A stretch of 64,000 nucleotides of DNA from Hyphomonadaceae bacterium (GCA_013001295.1 JABDMW010000017.1:16788-80787), one strand, 5' to 3'. Positions 19,090 to 29,129 are shown, numbered from the stretch's first letter. Notes: generated by a model not told the origin, from the sequence alone. Numbers and translations are program-made.

Positions 19090-22000
19090 ATGCGTAAGAT
19101 ATTCATAGGGTTAGCCGTATTGCTGGCTTTTCTCATTGCGGCTGTTCTGATTTTACCAGGGCTTGTGCCCGCGTCCGTCTATAAATCCAAGATCGAAGAC
19201 CAGATATCGACGGCCTTAGACCGCGAAGTCGAGATCGCAGGCGATGTTGGCTTATCGGTCTTCCCGACTTTGCGTGCGAGAGCCGATACCGTTAGAATTG
19301 CCAATGCTTCTGGGTTCACTGCCGATAATTTCGCAACTATGGATAACCTTGAAGCCGGCGTGAAGCTCATTCCTCTTCTCTCCAAGAAAGTAGAGATCAC
19401 CAAATTTACGTTGATCAATCCAGAAATCTCTCTGGAGAAAAAAGCCAATGGCGAGGTCAATTGGGCATTTGGAGCGCCCGATCAAGACAAAAAAGTTGCG
19501 CCGACAACGGCCTTCGCCCGCGATGGTCGATATACGGACCTCGACATATCTCTCGGTACCTTTGCGCTTGAGAACGGCAAGATCAATTTCTTGGATGCCC
19601 AGAAAGGCAAAAACTTCGTTGTTGAAAATGCCAATTTAGAATTATCCATGCCGAGCCTGGATCAAGCCGTCACGGCAAAAGGTGATTTGGTTTTCAATTC
19701 GACCCCCATGGACATTGATCTCTTCATTGATACGCCGAAATCATTTTTGTCCGGCAGTGAAACTCCATTCCGGTCCGTCTTGAAATCCGACATGATCGAT
19801 GTGTCAGCCGACGGAAAATTCACGGCATCTGAAACCATTACATTTATTGCAGATTTCGATAGCAATATCCCATCCGTTTCGAAACTGGATGATTTACTGG
19901 GGATCGAAAACCCCTATGAATCACTAACGGAAACCGCCGCTCTTAAGGGAAACCTCAGTTTCGACGGGCTGAATTTGACGGCTAAAAACGCGACCGTTTC
20001 CATAACAAGCGATCTGATCACCAACAATTTTCAAGGCGATTTTGTTGCCGGCCCTGCGCCTTCGGCATCCGGCGATCTAGCGGTCAATATCCAGTCCTTG
20101 AGCAAACTGCTCGACGTATTGCAGATCCAGTTGCCGCAAGTTGATATACTCGAAACCATTGATCTAAAGACTTCATTGAGCACCAACGGATTGGTGACCA
20201 CAGGCAAAAACGTCGTCTTTACCGGAACCGGGGAATTGCTGGACCTTAAATATACCGGCAATGCCAATTTCGAAAATGCTTTGAGCTTGAACGGCGGCTT
20301 TACCGTCAAAAGTCCATCTGTTCCCGCACTCGTTTCAAAACTGAATATGGGTGACGTCGTGCCGCAAACCGCCGTTCTCGGCGATCTCGATATAACCGGT
20401 AAAATGTCGGGTCTGATTACCGATCTCACATTGAGCGATATCAATGCCGCAACCACTGGCGAGGATTTAACCGCCAGATATCAAGGCGGCCTGAGGGTCG
20501 GTGAAACCGTCAGCCTCAACGGCACATTTGATGCAAATGGTGCCTCGGTCCCGGCCATTGTGAGCAAATTGGGAATGACCGATTTGAAAGCTGCGAATGT
20601 GCTGGGAGACTTTTCTGTTTCCGGACAAGCGTCGGGCACACCGGGCGCCATGGATGTTAAAGGATTGAAATTTAAAACCAGCGGCAGTGATTTTACCGGT
20701 AGTTATACTGGCGATGTTAAAATCGGCGAGAAAATAGTCTTAACTGGTGCATTTGATGCGCTGGCGCCATCTGTCCAATCCATGGCAACTAAGGCGGGGC
20801 TCGCGCTCCCCTACGCGAATGCCATAGGGAAGTTTGTAGCGTCTGGACAATTAAATGGAAGTACCGATGCGCTCTCTATTGCGGATTTGAACGCCGCCCT
20901 CACTGACGGACAAATAAATGTAAAATTTGATGGCACCGCCACGACCGGGGATGCGCTGTCCTATGCAGGTAATTTAAGTGCTGATATTCCGTCTATCCGG
21001 GCCCTTGCTGAACTGGGCGGGACGAAACTCGCCCCATCAACGGACGTCGGTCAAGTTTACGGACCGATGTCTATATCTGGCAATGCAACAGGTAATGCAC
21101 AAAAGGCAGAATTCAAAAATGCAAGTATTTCGGTCGACGATCTGAACGGCACCGGTAATTTTACGGCCGATCTGGCGGGCAGTAAGCCAATGGTCAATGG
21201 TGTGCTGGATATGCAAGGCCTGGATCTGCGCCCATACCTGGCGGCGATGAATGCACAACGGCCAAAGGGCAAAACTGTACCGTGGAGTAAAGAACCGTTG
21301 AATGTCTCTGCGCTCAACATGTTTGATGCGGATTTCACCATCAACACACCGAACATCCGCATGACCGGTATCACAATGGATCAAAGCACGATCAAATCGA
21401 CAATTCGAAATGGTGTCCTCAAGACCAATATTCCAAACGCGCAGCTGTATGGCGGAAAAGGCAATTTGGATCTTGAATTCAATGCAAGCTCAACTGTCCC
21501 GCAGGTCGCCATGGATTTCACGCTCAATGATGTTGACGGGAAAGGCTTTTTGGGAGCTGCTGCCAATTTCACAAAATTGGAAGGCAATACCGGTACCACC
21601 ATGAAAATTCGTGGATCGGGTGTGTCGCAGGATGCGATTATGCGCTCGCTCTCCGGGGAAGGAAATTTTGAATTGGCCGAAGGTCTGGTTTCCGGTGTCG
21701 ATATCGGTCAATTTATTACCAATATGGACCTCGGAAATTTGCAATCCACCTTGTCACAAGGTGCGCTGCCCTCAGGAATTGGTCCATCGTATAAAACCCA
21801 TTTTAGAAAACTGGCCGGACTGTTCACAATCAAGGACGGTATAGTGACGGTGGGCGACTTCGCCCTTGACGGTGACAATGTGCTGGCCGAAGGCGCGGGA
21901 TCGCTGGATCTTGGCAACCAAAGCGTAGATTTTAGTCTCAGGCCGAAACTGACACAAGGCAAAGGCCTTGCCGCATTCGGTATCCCGATACGGCTCAAGG

Positions 22001-22506
22001 GAAATTTTGGGTCTATTAAAGCCGGGCTCGACTCAGAACTCTTGGGCAAGATCGTCGCTGAGCAGGCCAAGGCCCGCCTCACGCAGGAAATTACCGGTGG
22101 ACTATCCAATCAAGTCGGTGGTGATCTCGGCGGCGTGGTCGGCGGACTGTTGGGCACACCAAAGCAACCGGCACAATCACCAGAAGGAGATCAACCGGCG
22201 GCCTCAACGGGCGACCCGATCACCAGTATTTTGGGCGATGTAATTGGCGGTAAAAAGCAACCATCCCCACAACAACCTACGCCTGCTTCTCCGACACAGC
22301 AACCGACACCCCAAACTGCTCCTGAACCGGCGCCAAAAAAACCCGAAGATGCAGTCGTCGATGTATTGGGTGGGCTTTTAGGCAGCCCGTCACCAAATCC
22401 ACCAGCACAGGGCGAAGAAAAGCCCGAAGAAAAGACCGAAGAGGAAAAGAAGGAAGAAGACCCGGCAGAGAAACTTCTGAAAGGTCTGTTTGGCAACGAC
22501 GATTAG
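19090..22506 (+). CDS. AsmA family outer-membrane assembly / lipid-transport-like protein
   Basis: N-terminal TM anchor. Typical AsmA N-terminal (SVYKSKIEDQIS...) and C-terminal (G..DL..Q..DF.LRPK) regions. Internal repeats and a P/Q/E/K-rich tail. Confidence 0.8.
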   Translation: MRKIFIGLAVLLAFLIAAVLILPGLVPASVYKSKIEDQISTALDREVEIAGDVGLSVFPTLRARADTVRIANASGFTADNFATMDNLEAGVKLIPLLSKKVEITKFTLINPEISLEKKANGEVNWAFGAPDQDKKVAPTTAFARDGRYTDLDISLGTFALENGKINFLDAQKGKNFVVENANLELSMPSLDQAVTAKGDLVFNSTPMDIDLFIDTPKSFLSGSETPFRSVLKSDMIDVSADGKFTASETITFIADFDSNIPSVSKLDDLLGIENPYESLTETAALKGNLSFDGLNLTAKNATVSITSDLITNNFQGDFVAGPAPSASGDLAVNIQSLSKLLDVLQIQLPQVDILETIDLKTSLSTNGLVTTGKNVVFTGTGELLDLKYTGNANFENALSLNGGFTVKSPSVPALVSKLNMGDVVPQTAVLGDLDITGKMSGLITDLTLSDINAATTGEDLTARYQGGLRVGETVSLNGTFDANGASVPAIVSKLGMTDLKAANVLGDFSVSGQASGTPGAMDVKGLKFKTSGSDFTGSYTGDVKIGEKIVLTGAFDALAPSVQSMATKAGLALPYANAIGKFVASGQLNGSTDALSIADLNAALTDGQINVKFDGTATTGDALSYAGNLSADIPSIRALAELGGTKLAPSTDVGQVYGPMSISGNATGNAQKAEFKNASISVDDLNGTGNFTADLAGSKPMVNGVLDMQGLDLRPYLAAMNAQRPKGKTVPWSKEPLNVSALNMFDADFTINTPNIRMTGITMDQSTIKSTIRNGVLKTNIPNAQLYGGKGNLDLEFNASSTVPQVAMDFTLNDVDGKGFLGAAANFTKLEGNTGTTMKIRGSGVSQDAIMRSLSGEGNFELAEGLVSGVDIGQFITNMDLGNLQSTLSQGALPSGIGPSYKTHFRKLAGLFTIKDGIVTVGDFALDGDNVLAEGAGSLDLGNQSVDFSLRPKLTQGKGLAAFGIPIRLKGNFGSIKAGLDSELLGKIVAEQAKARLTQEITGGLSNQVGGDLGGVVGGLLGTPKQPAQSPEGDQPAASTGDPITSILGDVIGGKKQPSPQQPTPASPTQQPTPQTAPEPAPKKPEDAVVDVLGGLLGSPSPNPPAQGEEKPEEKTEEEKKEEDPAEKLLKGLFGNDD
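20279..21190 (+). repeat. Four tandem ~75-aa (~225-nt) protein-level repeats inside the AsmA-family gene
   Basis: Recurring blocks: SVPALVSKLNMGDVVPQTAVLGDLDITGKMSG / SVPAIVSKLGMTDLKAANVLGDFSVSGQASG / SVQSMATKAGLALPYANAIGKFVASGQLNG / IPSIRALAELGGTKLAPSTDVGQVYGPMSISGNATG. Confidence 0.6.
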
Positions 22507-22516
22507 CGACAAGCTT

Positions 22517-23497
22517 TCATCCGGCTTTTAATATCCAGGCAGCGGGATCGGGTTCATTTCCAAAGTGAAGCGGTTTTGGTTGCTCGGTTTCGTATCCGGA
22601 CTTTTCCAACACGCTGAGTAAAGAGGCACACATCGCTTCATCCAAGGCGGCATTTTTCATACTGGTCATTCGGCCTTTATAGGCGTCGATTTCATTTTGC
22701 ATACCGCCGAGCCAGCCGGTTATATCCGCGAGCGCATAGGCTTTGCGGCGTGCGTACAAATCGGCAGCGCCCGCCAAAAGATGTTGCCCCAATTGTCTAA
22801 TTTGTTCATCTGCCCCCGTATTTGAAGCGATAAAGGTCTCCAAGGCCTGACGCGGCTGGCTCAACGCCTCCGACGCGATATTGAATGCAGCTTGAGTGGC
22901 TTCATTTGGATTTGCCTCAGCCGCAAAAAGCGTATCGAATAATTGTTTCGACGCTAAAATAAATCCGGTTGCTTCCAACTCTTCAATTGCAATCAAATGT
23001 CCGCTGACTTCTCTGTCTATGCCACCATCTTTGATATGACATATTGCGATAAGGTGACCACCCTTTTTCAATACACGAGCGATTTCCGACGCAGTTTGCA
23101 GAAGATCTTTTTTGTTTCCGGCGTATTCGAACCCGAATTGACTTACTACCAGATCGAATTGATCATCCGCTACGGGCATTTGATCAACCGGCCCGACAAG
23201 ACCCTTTGCGCCGGGAATAGCTTGTTGCATAGCAATGATCGCATCTTCGGAAATGTCTATGCCGGAGAGGTTTTTCAAGCCCAGGCGATGCGCATGCCGG
23301 AGAACCGATCCTGCCCCGCAAGCCAAATCCAAAATCGCAGCTTCAACCGATACATTACCAAGAACACTTGACCAAAAATCGGTGAGTTCCGAACTATGTT
23401 CGATCCCGACTCCCCCAACCAGGGCATCGCCAGTATCACTCGCAGTTCGGCCCTGCCAATAATTGCTCCAGTCAGCTTTATGTCCTTCGCGCGTCAT
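22517..23497 (-). CDS. Class I SAM-dependent methyltransferase with C-terminal helical extension
   Basis: Motif I ILDLACGAGS, a post-I acidic residue (GIDIS) and VVSQFGFEY. ATG at 23497; the track start 23503 is TTG. Confidence 0.75.
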   Translation of the reverse strand: MTREGHKADWSNYWQGRTASDTGDALVGGVGIEHSSELTDFWSSVLGNVSVEAAILDLACGAGSVLRHAHRLGLKNLSGIDISEDAIIAMQQAIPGAKGLVGPVDQMPVADDQFDLVVSQFGFEYAGNKKDLLQTASEIARVLKKGGHLIAICHIKDGGIDREVSGHLIAIEELEATGFILASKQLFDTLFAAEANPNEATQAAFNIASEALSQPRQALETFIASNTGADEQIRQLGQHLLAGAADLYARRKAYALADITGWLGGMQNEIDAYKGRMTSMKNAALDEAMCASLLSVLEKSGYETEQPKPLHFGNEPDPAAWILKAG

Positions 23498-23601
23498 ACC
23501 CAAGGTATTAGGGACAAAAATGCAGAATGTGAACGTAATTTAAAACAATTTTTCCAAAAATAGGTGATACTCAGCATTCAAATCAACAATAGGACCGTTC
23601 T

Positions 23602-24486
23602 ATGGCTATAGATGACCCGATCATCGCCGCACAAAAACCCCGCGCTGATTTCACCATCGATCAGGTGTGGGACGCCTATACCGAGGACGAACATGCCAGG
23701 TGGCGTGAACTCTATACGCGCCAGATCAACGTATTGGCCAACCGGGCTGTTCCTGAGTTTTATGAAGGCCTGGAAAAGCTCAACCTCAATGAGGGTGGGG
23801 TCCCCAACTTTGATCTCATAAACGAAAAATTGCATGCGCTTACCGGTTGGACTGTAGTTTCTGTCCCCCATCTCGTGCCTGATGACGTTTTCTTCGAGCA
23901 TCTTGCCAATCGCCGTTTCCCGGCTGGCCGGTTTATCCGCGGGCGTAACCAAATGGACTATATTCAGGAACCGGATATTTTTCATGATGTATTTGGGCAT
24001 GTTCCCATGCTCACCCTGCCCGTGTTCGCCGACTATATGCAGGCCTACGGCCAAGGCGGTCTGAGATCATTGAAATTTGATTGTTTGAAAAACCTGGCGC
24101 GCCTGTATTGGTACACGGTTGAATTCGGCTTGATCAATACGGATCAAGGCATGAAAATTTATGGAGCCGGGATCGCATCATCCAGAACAGAGAGCCGGTT
24201 TTCACTTGAGGACCCGTCACCGCACCGCATTCATTTTGATCTCGAGCGGGTCATGTTGACGGATTACATCATTGATGATTTTCAGCAAATCTACTTCGTC
24301 ATCGACTCATTTGAGGACTTGCTCAAAACGACCGTGGATACAGATTTTGCGCCTATCTATGAGCGGCTGCACGATATCCACACCGCCTATCCTGTTTCAA
24401 GAATTCTTGAATCAGATAAAGTCTACAATAAAGGCACGCAGGATTACGCCATGCGCGGCGGACGTTTTCGCAAGAAAGCGGGTTAG
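23602..24486 (+). CDS. phhA: Phenylalanine 4-monooxygenase
   Basis: Aromatic amino acid hydroxylase iron ligands in HDVFGHVPML, plus YWYTVEFGL and GAGIASS. Confidence 0.9.
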   Translation: MAIDDPIIAAQKPRADFTIDQVWDAYTEDEHARWRELYTRQINVLANRAVPEFYEGLEKLNLNEGGVPNFDLINEKLHALTGWTVVSVPHLVPDDVFFEHLANRRFPAGRFIRGRNQMDYIQEPDIFHDVFGHVPMLTLPVFADYMQAYGQGGLRSLKFDCLKNLARLYWYTVEFGLINTDQGMKIYGAGIASSRTESRFSLEDPSPHRIHFDLERVMLTDYIIDDFQQIYFVIDSFEDLLKTTVDTDFAPIYERLHDIHTAYPVSRILESDKVYNKGTQDYAMRGGRFRKKAG

Positions 24487-24578
24487 CCTCCACACTTCAC
24501 GATTTATCGAATTCATATCGTGACTTTTCGCATTCCATTGTTATAATATACGGGAGAGAGGCATAACAGGAGGATCTT

Positions 24579-25022
24579 ATGATCAAGCGAACTGCACTAT
24601 TTCTTCTTTCTCTTCCCCTACTTTTATCCTGCACCACAGTTGCCGATACCGGTCCGAAAGGCATTGCAGCTTTTAAAGATGATCCGCGCCTGGGCGAACC
24701 GGTGAGCAAGATATGTTTCAAGCGCAATATTGACGGATTCTCAAACGCAACACGCGATACTGTTGTGCTCAGCGCCGGCGTCAACGACGACTATATCGTC
24801 GAAGTCTTTGGGAGTTGCACAAACCTACGTCGCGCGCAAAGCATCGCCATTGACTCAAATCTCAGCTGCGTCAGCGACGGTGATTTCTTGATTGTTTCTG
24901 AATCCGTATTCCCAAGCAATGACCGCGCCTTTGATCTTGAACGCTGCGCCATTGATAAAATTTACAAATGGGATAAACGCGCAACCGCCAAGGATGCAGA
25001 AGAAATCGACGACGATTCCTAA
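24579..25022 (+). CDS. Small lipoprotein, DUF6491-like (hypothetical)
   Basis: Lipobox LLLSC|T, about 130-aa mature protein with 4 Cys. The family name is recalled, not verified. Confidence 0.5.
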   Translation: MIKRTALFLLSLPLLLSCTTVADTGPKGIAAFKDDPRLGEPVSKICFKRNIDGFSNATRDTVVLSAGVNDDYIVEVFGSCTNLRRAQSIAIDSNLSCVSDGDFLIVSESVFPSNDRAFDLERCAIDKIYKWDKRATAKDAEEIDDDS

Positions 25023-25119
25023 ATCATTCGAAGCATTAAAAGCGTATTTATGAGCGCAAAAATCGGGTGGTGTCAGGCTCCGTACAGAATTACTTTGGTT
25101 GAAAATCAATGGAGAACGT

Positions 25120-25587
25120 ATGAGCTTTCAAATTTCGGCCCTGCCCGCCGCTCACTTCAAAGAACTGGCCGCCCTAAGCGACAGTGAACTTGGCGCTCGC
25201 AATATCCAGAAAAAGACTGTTGAGTCTCACCCAGATTATCCTTGCAGAGTCAGCCTCGAGGACGCCGAGATTGGTGAAACGATTTATTTGCTCAACTTCA
25301 CCCACCATGATCAGGCAACGCCCTACAAAGCGTCGCACGCTATTTTTGTTCGCGAAGGGGTCGAACAAGCCCACCCAATGACTGATGAAATACCGAGGTC
25401 GTTGTCTTCGCGACTGTTGTCCGTCCGCGCTTATGATGCTCATCACGATATGGTTGACGCAGATGTTTGCGACGGGAGACAATTGGGCACGAAAATTAGC
25501 ACATTCTTCGCGGACAGCGCAGTTGTGTATCTGCACCTCCATAACGCCAGACCCGGCTGTTATGCCGCCCGCGTTGACCGCATTTAA
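25120..25587 (+). CDS. DUF1203 domain protein
   Basis: Pattern YPCRVSL.DAE.GE...LL.F.H........Y.AS.AIFV is typical of DUF1203. ATG at 25120 follows GGAGAA. Confidence 0.6.
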   Translation: MSFQISALPAAHFKELAALSDSELGARNIQKKTVESHPDYPCRVSLEDAEIGETIYLLNFTHHDQATPYKASHAIFVREGVEQAHPMTDEIPRSLSSRLLSVRAYDAHHDMVDADVCDGRQLGTKISTFFADSAVVYLHLHNARPGCYAARVDRI

Positions 25588-25669
25588 AACGGCCGACGAA
25601 TAGCAATGTCCCGGCGAATTAACGTGTATGGATCAACTAGGGTGACCTGCGAGGTCAAAAACGCTAGCG

Positions 25670-25819
25670 CTAGTTTTTAACGTCTTTAATGACCTCTTCG
25701 CCTTTTTTGCCAGCGCTCTTAATGTCGTCGCCAACACCTTGGACAGTGTTACAGCCGCTCAACGCAAACGCGACTGTTGCGATGGCTGCGATTGTGAGTT
25801 TTTTGAAGTTGGTTTTCAT
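25670..25819 (-). CDS. Entericidin A/B family small lipoprotein (49 aa)
   Basis: Below the ORF-track size cutoff. Translation is MKTNFKKLTIAAIATVAFALSGCNTVQGVGDDIKSAGKKGEEVIKDVKN. It has lipobox LSG|C, the entericidin-like NTVQGVG.D motif, and a strong SD AGGAGG 7 nt upstream of the ATG. Confidence 0.7.
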   Translation of the reverse strand: MKTNFKKLTIAAIATVAFALSGCNTVQGVGDDIKSAGKKGEEVIKDVKN

Positions 25820-25884
25820 CTGCAATCCTCCTGATAATTGTCTGTCAGACTAACAACCTCTTTTGAGTCGCGCTAGAGCCAAAT

Positions 25885-27228
25885 TCAACCGCGCATAAAC
25901 GGATAAAAATCTGAGCCTAATTCCATTATCCCGGTGAGGTCATCCAGTGCCGTGAAGCTTTCCCGCATCAGATTCGGATCGCCGAGATCATCGGGCGCGA
26001 GTTCTTCCCGGTAATGTTTTTTCACCCACGCAGAAAGCTCCGTATATAGGCCATTATCCAGCAGCATTTTTTGATTGGCAGCCGCGCGCTCGGCTTCGGT
26101 CAAAACAATACGCAAACGCAAACAGGCCGGGCCGCCGCCATTGCGCATGGACTGCCTGACATCAACGAAAATCACCTCACCGATCGGGCCATTTCCGCCG
26201 GTCAGTTTCTTACAATATTCGCGGGTTGCCAGATTGTCTTCTGTTTCTGTCGGCGCAATCAGAGTCAGGCGCGGTTTGCCCGGCATTTGCACCAGCATGG
26301 AATTGAACAAATAGGCTTTGATCGCATCCTCGATCGGCACTTCATCATTGCTGACTTCAACGAAGTCCGGCGTGAACAATCCATCCGCGGCCTTTGTGAT
26401 GGCTTCAAGTGTCGCATCTGTGTCTTCAAACGCATACTCATGAAAAAACAGACATTGGCGAGCACCCACGCAGACCACATCATTGTGAAACGCACCCGCA
26501 TCGATCGCCCGGGTCGCTTGTTGGGCGAAAACAGTACGGACATCTGAGAGCCCGTGATGGGTGGCAATGATATGGCTGGCCTGCAGCGTTTGACGGGCCG
26601 GAAAATCCGTCCGTACAGTTTTACCAAATGCATTGCGGCCATAGACAAACAGTTCAACACCTTGGTCCCCGTGAGCGGCACACAGCCTTACATGATTGGC
26701 TGCACCTTCATCCGCATATGTGGTTTGCAGTGGCAGCGCGTCGTGTACTGTCACGCGATCCTCGTCCGGGAAAGCCGCCTTCAGCGCCCTACCCGTTTGT
26801 TCATGCTCGATAGAACGGTGCAGCATGGTCGAGAGATTGGCAGGTGTGAGATGCAGGCGACCATCATTAGTATCGGCAGACGGGCTGACTGTGGCCGCAT
26901 TGGCTGCCCACATACAGGATGCCGAGCTCATATTACGGACGAGCACCGGGTTAGCCCGCCAGGCATTGGCGAGCACCTCTTCATCGGATCCGGAAAAACC
27001 CATCATCCGCAGTTCGGAAAGCGCGGGACGCGCGTGCGGCGGCAGGACGCCCTGCACCAATCCTGCGTCAGCCATCTGCTTCATTTTAGCGAGGCCCTGT
27101 AGGGCGGCGTCGCGCGGCCTCGCAATTAGACCCGCGTTTTTTGCACTCGCGAGATTGCCCTCAGACAATCCGCCATAATTGTGTGTCGGGCCGATCAAGC
27201 CATCGTAATTGGCTTCAGAGGCACTCAT
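25885..27228 (-). CDS. astB: N-succinylarginine dihydrolase
   Basis: Collinear with E. coli AstB: NYDGLIGPTHNYGGLS, DEGAANH, FHNDV, MRNGGGPACLRLRIVLTE. Confidence 0.92.
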   Translation of the reverse strand: MSASEANYDGLIGPTHNYGGLSEGNLASAKNAGLIARPRDAALQGLAKMKQMADAGLVQGVLPPHARPALSELRMMGFSGSDEEVLANAWRANPVLVRNMSSASCMWAANAATVSPSADTNDGRLHLTPANLSTMLHRSIEHEQTGRALKAAFPDEDRVTVHDALPLQTTYADEGAANHVRLCAAHGDQGVELFVYGRNAFGKTVRTDFPARQTLQASHIIATHHGLSDVRTVFAQQATRAIDAGAFHNDVVCVGARQCLFFHEYAFEDTDATLEAITKAADGLFTPDFVEVSNDEVPIEDAIKAYLFNSMLVQMPGKPRLTLIAPTETEDNLATREYCKKLTGGNGPIGEVIFVDVRQSMRNGGGPACLRLRIVLTEAERAAANQKMLLDNGLYTELSAWVKKHYREELAPDDLGDPNLMRESFTALDDLTGIMELGSDFYPFMRG

Positions 27229-28694
27229 ATCTTCACACCTTGTGAGGATTGAAGTTCAACCGTTTCGGCTATCTGGCTTGCCATTGGCCAAGCGCAGAAA
27301 TCGGCTGAGTAATAGGCGCCCGGATTGTGGTTTCCTGACGCTCCTGGACCGCCAAAAGGAAGAGATCCCGCCGCGCCTGTTGTCGGGCGATTGAAATTGA
27401 CGACACCGGCGCGGATATTCCTCCTGAATAAATTCCAAAGCTCCGTGTCGTCACTGATCAATCCAGCGGACAGCCCGTATTTTGTATCGTTCGCGATCTG
27501 AATGCCTTGATCAAACGACTCAACTCTGATGATTTGCATCACAGGGCCAAAGATTTCTTCATCTGGCATTTCCTTGCCCGTGACATCAAGGATAGCCGGC
27601 GTCACAAAAGCCTCGCTCCTCTCCAAACTTTCCATGGGCCGCAGAACTTTCCCGCCGTGTTTGGTGGCAAGCTCGTCTGCCATCCGTTTGACATCGCTTG
27701 CGACGTCCGCGCTGATTAGCGGCCCCATAAAAGTCGGGTCTTCATCATTCCAGGCGCCAATGGTCATATTATCGCGCATATCAACAAGGTTTGCGATGAC
27801 ATCGTCCCCAGCTTCACCGACCGGTAAGAGAATGCGTCGGGCGCAAGTGCAGCGTTGACCTGTTGTGATAAAATTTGATTGGAAAATAATACTCGCGGCG
27901 GCCTTGGCGTCAGCAACATCCCACATCAACAAGGGATTATTGCCGCCCATTTCCAGAGCGAGAACGATTTCAGGCCGTCCTCCAAATTTTTTGTGGATGA
28001 ATTTACCGGTTCCGGGCGATCCGGTGAACAGGACGCCATCAAGCTCATCATGATCCAGAATAGCGGCTCCGGTGTCGCGCGCACCTTGCACCATATTGAT
28101 TACACCGTCCGGGACACCGGCCTTTTGATACAACGATGCCATAAACGCCCCGACAGCCGGACATTGCTCGGACGGTTTATAGACAATCGTATTCCCGGCG
28201 ATCAGGGCGGGAATGATTTGACCGTTGGGAAGATGAGCCGGAAAATTATAAGGCCCCAACACCGCAAAAACGCCGTGCGGGCGATGGGCGAGGTCAGCGC
28301 GACCGAATGCCGTTTCTAAACTGGACGTGCCTGTCCGGTCGTCATAGGCCTTTAGCGAGATATCGACTTTCCCGGCCACAGCGCCAGCTTCACCGGACGC
28401 GTCCCAAAGCACCTTGCCTGTTTCCCGCGCAATAAGTTCGGCCAAGTCAGCTTTATAATCGATGGCCAATTGTTTCAAATTTTGAACAATTTCAACACGC
28501 TTTTCGAACGGCGTATTTGACCATGATGGGAAGGCTTTTCGCGCTGCCAGAAAGGCGCGATCCACGTCATCCGCTGTCGCGGTCATTCCTTCCCATATTT
28601 GTTGGCTATTTGATGGGTCAGTACTGTTAAAATTGTCGCCATTGCCAGGCACCCATTGCCCGTCAATCAGGAGCATATTCGGAATTGTTTTCAT
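27225..28694 (-). CDS. astD: Succinylglutamate-semialdehyde dehydrogenase
   Basis: Aldehyde dehydrogenase motifs (FTGS..TG, LEMGGNNP, TTGQRCTCARR). It overlaps the astB start by 4 nt. Confidence 0.9.
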   Translation of the reverse strand: MKTIPNMLLIDGQWVPGNGDNFNSTDPSNSQQIWEGMTATADDVDRAFLAARKAFPSWSNTPFEKRVEIVQNLKQLAIDYKADLAELIARETGKVLWDASGEAGAVAGKVDISLKAYDDRTGTSSLETAFGRADLAHRPHGVFAVLGPYNFPAHLPNGQIIPALIAGNTIVYKPSEQCPAVGAFMASLYQKAGVPDGVINMVQGARDTGAAILDHDELDGVLFTGSPGTGKFIHKKFGGRPEIVLALEMGGNNPLLMWDVADAKAAASIIFQSNFITTGQRCTCARRILLPVGEAGDDVIANLVDMRDNMTIGAWNDEDPTFMGPLISADVASDVKRMADELATKHGGKVLRPMESLERSEAFVTPAILDVTGKEMPDEEIFGPVMQIIRVESFDQGIQIANDTKYGLSAGLISDDTELWNLFRRNIRAGVVNFNRPTTGAAGSLPFGGPGASGNHNPGAYYSADFCAWPMASQIAETVELQSSQGVKI

Positions 28695-28896
28695 GAAATC
28701 ACTTACATAAAGACCGGATCGTCAATTTTTGACTTCGAGACAATCCTTATCGAATATTTGATTGGACACCCTATCAAATATTGATCGGGCGGCAATCTGA
28801 TTTTGCGATGGGTTGAAAAAATCCGGCTTGGTTAGGGTTTATAAACGGTTTCTGCTATAGTGTGTGGTCAATCTTTTGGAGAATTAAGGTCACAAC

Positions 28897-29103
28897 ATGT
28901 CATATAAAATAAACACGGGGCTAATCGTCGTCGCACTTTTATCTGTATCCGTCGCGTCAAATGCACATGCTTATGTGGATCCAGGGTCTGGGAGTGCCAT
29001 CATGTCGGCGATTTTGGGTGTGTTTGCAGCCGGCGCTTACATGGTTCGCAAGCAATTTTATAAATTGAAGAATTTGTTCAAAAAGTCCGATAAAGAAAAT
29101 TAA
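28897..29103 (+). CDS. Small (68 aa) two-helix membrane or secreted peptide with a YVDPGSGS motif (hypothetical)
   Basis: Signal-like helix GLIVVALLSVSVASNAHA, then YVDPGSGS, then a second helix AIMSAILGVFAAGAYMV and a basic tail RKQFYKLKNLFKKSDKEN. It ends 26 nt upstream of the yidC-like gene. Coding status is unproven. Confidence 0.45.
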   Translation: MSYKINTGLIVVALLSVSVASNAHAYVDPGSGSAIMSAILGVFAAGAYMVRKQFYKLKNLFKKSDKEN

Positions 29104-29129
29104 AACCTGACCTGACTTCGGCGCCCTAA

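Noticed and set aside
24497-24523. 7-bp inverted repeat TCACGAT-N13-ATCGTGA after phhA, considered as a terminator.
   Set aside because: The stem is AT-rich, the loop is 13 nt and only a weak T tract (cttttcg) follows. The support is not good enough to list it as a feature.
25656-25680. Palindrome CTAGCGCTAG flanked by A- and T-runs, considered as a terminator.
   Set aside because: It is a loop-less 10-nt palindrome with very little stem stability. It overlaps the stop codon of the entericidin-like gene, and it is just as easily coincidental.
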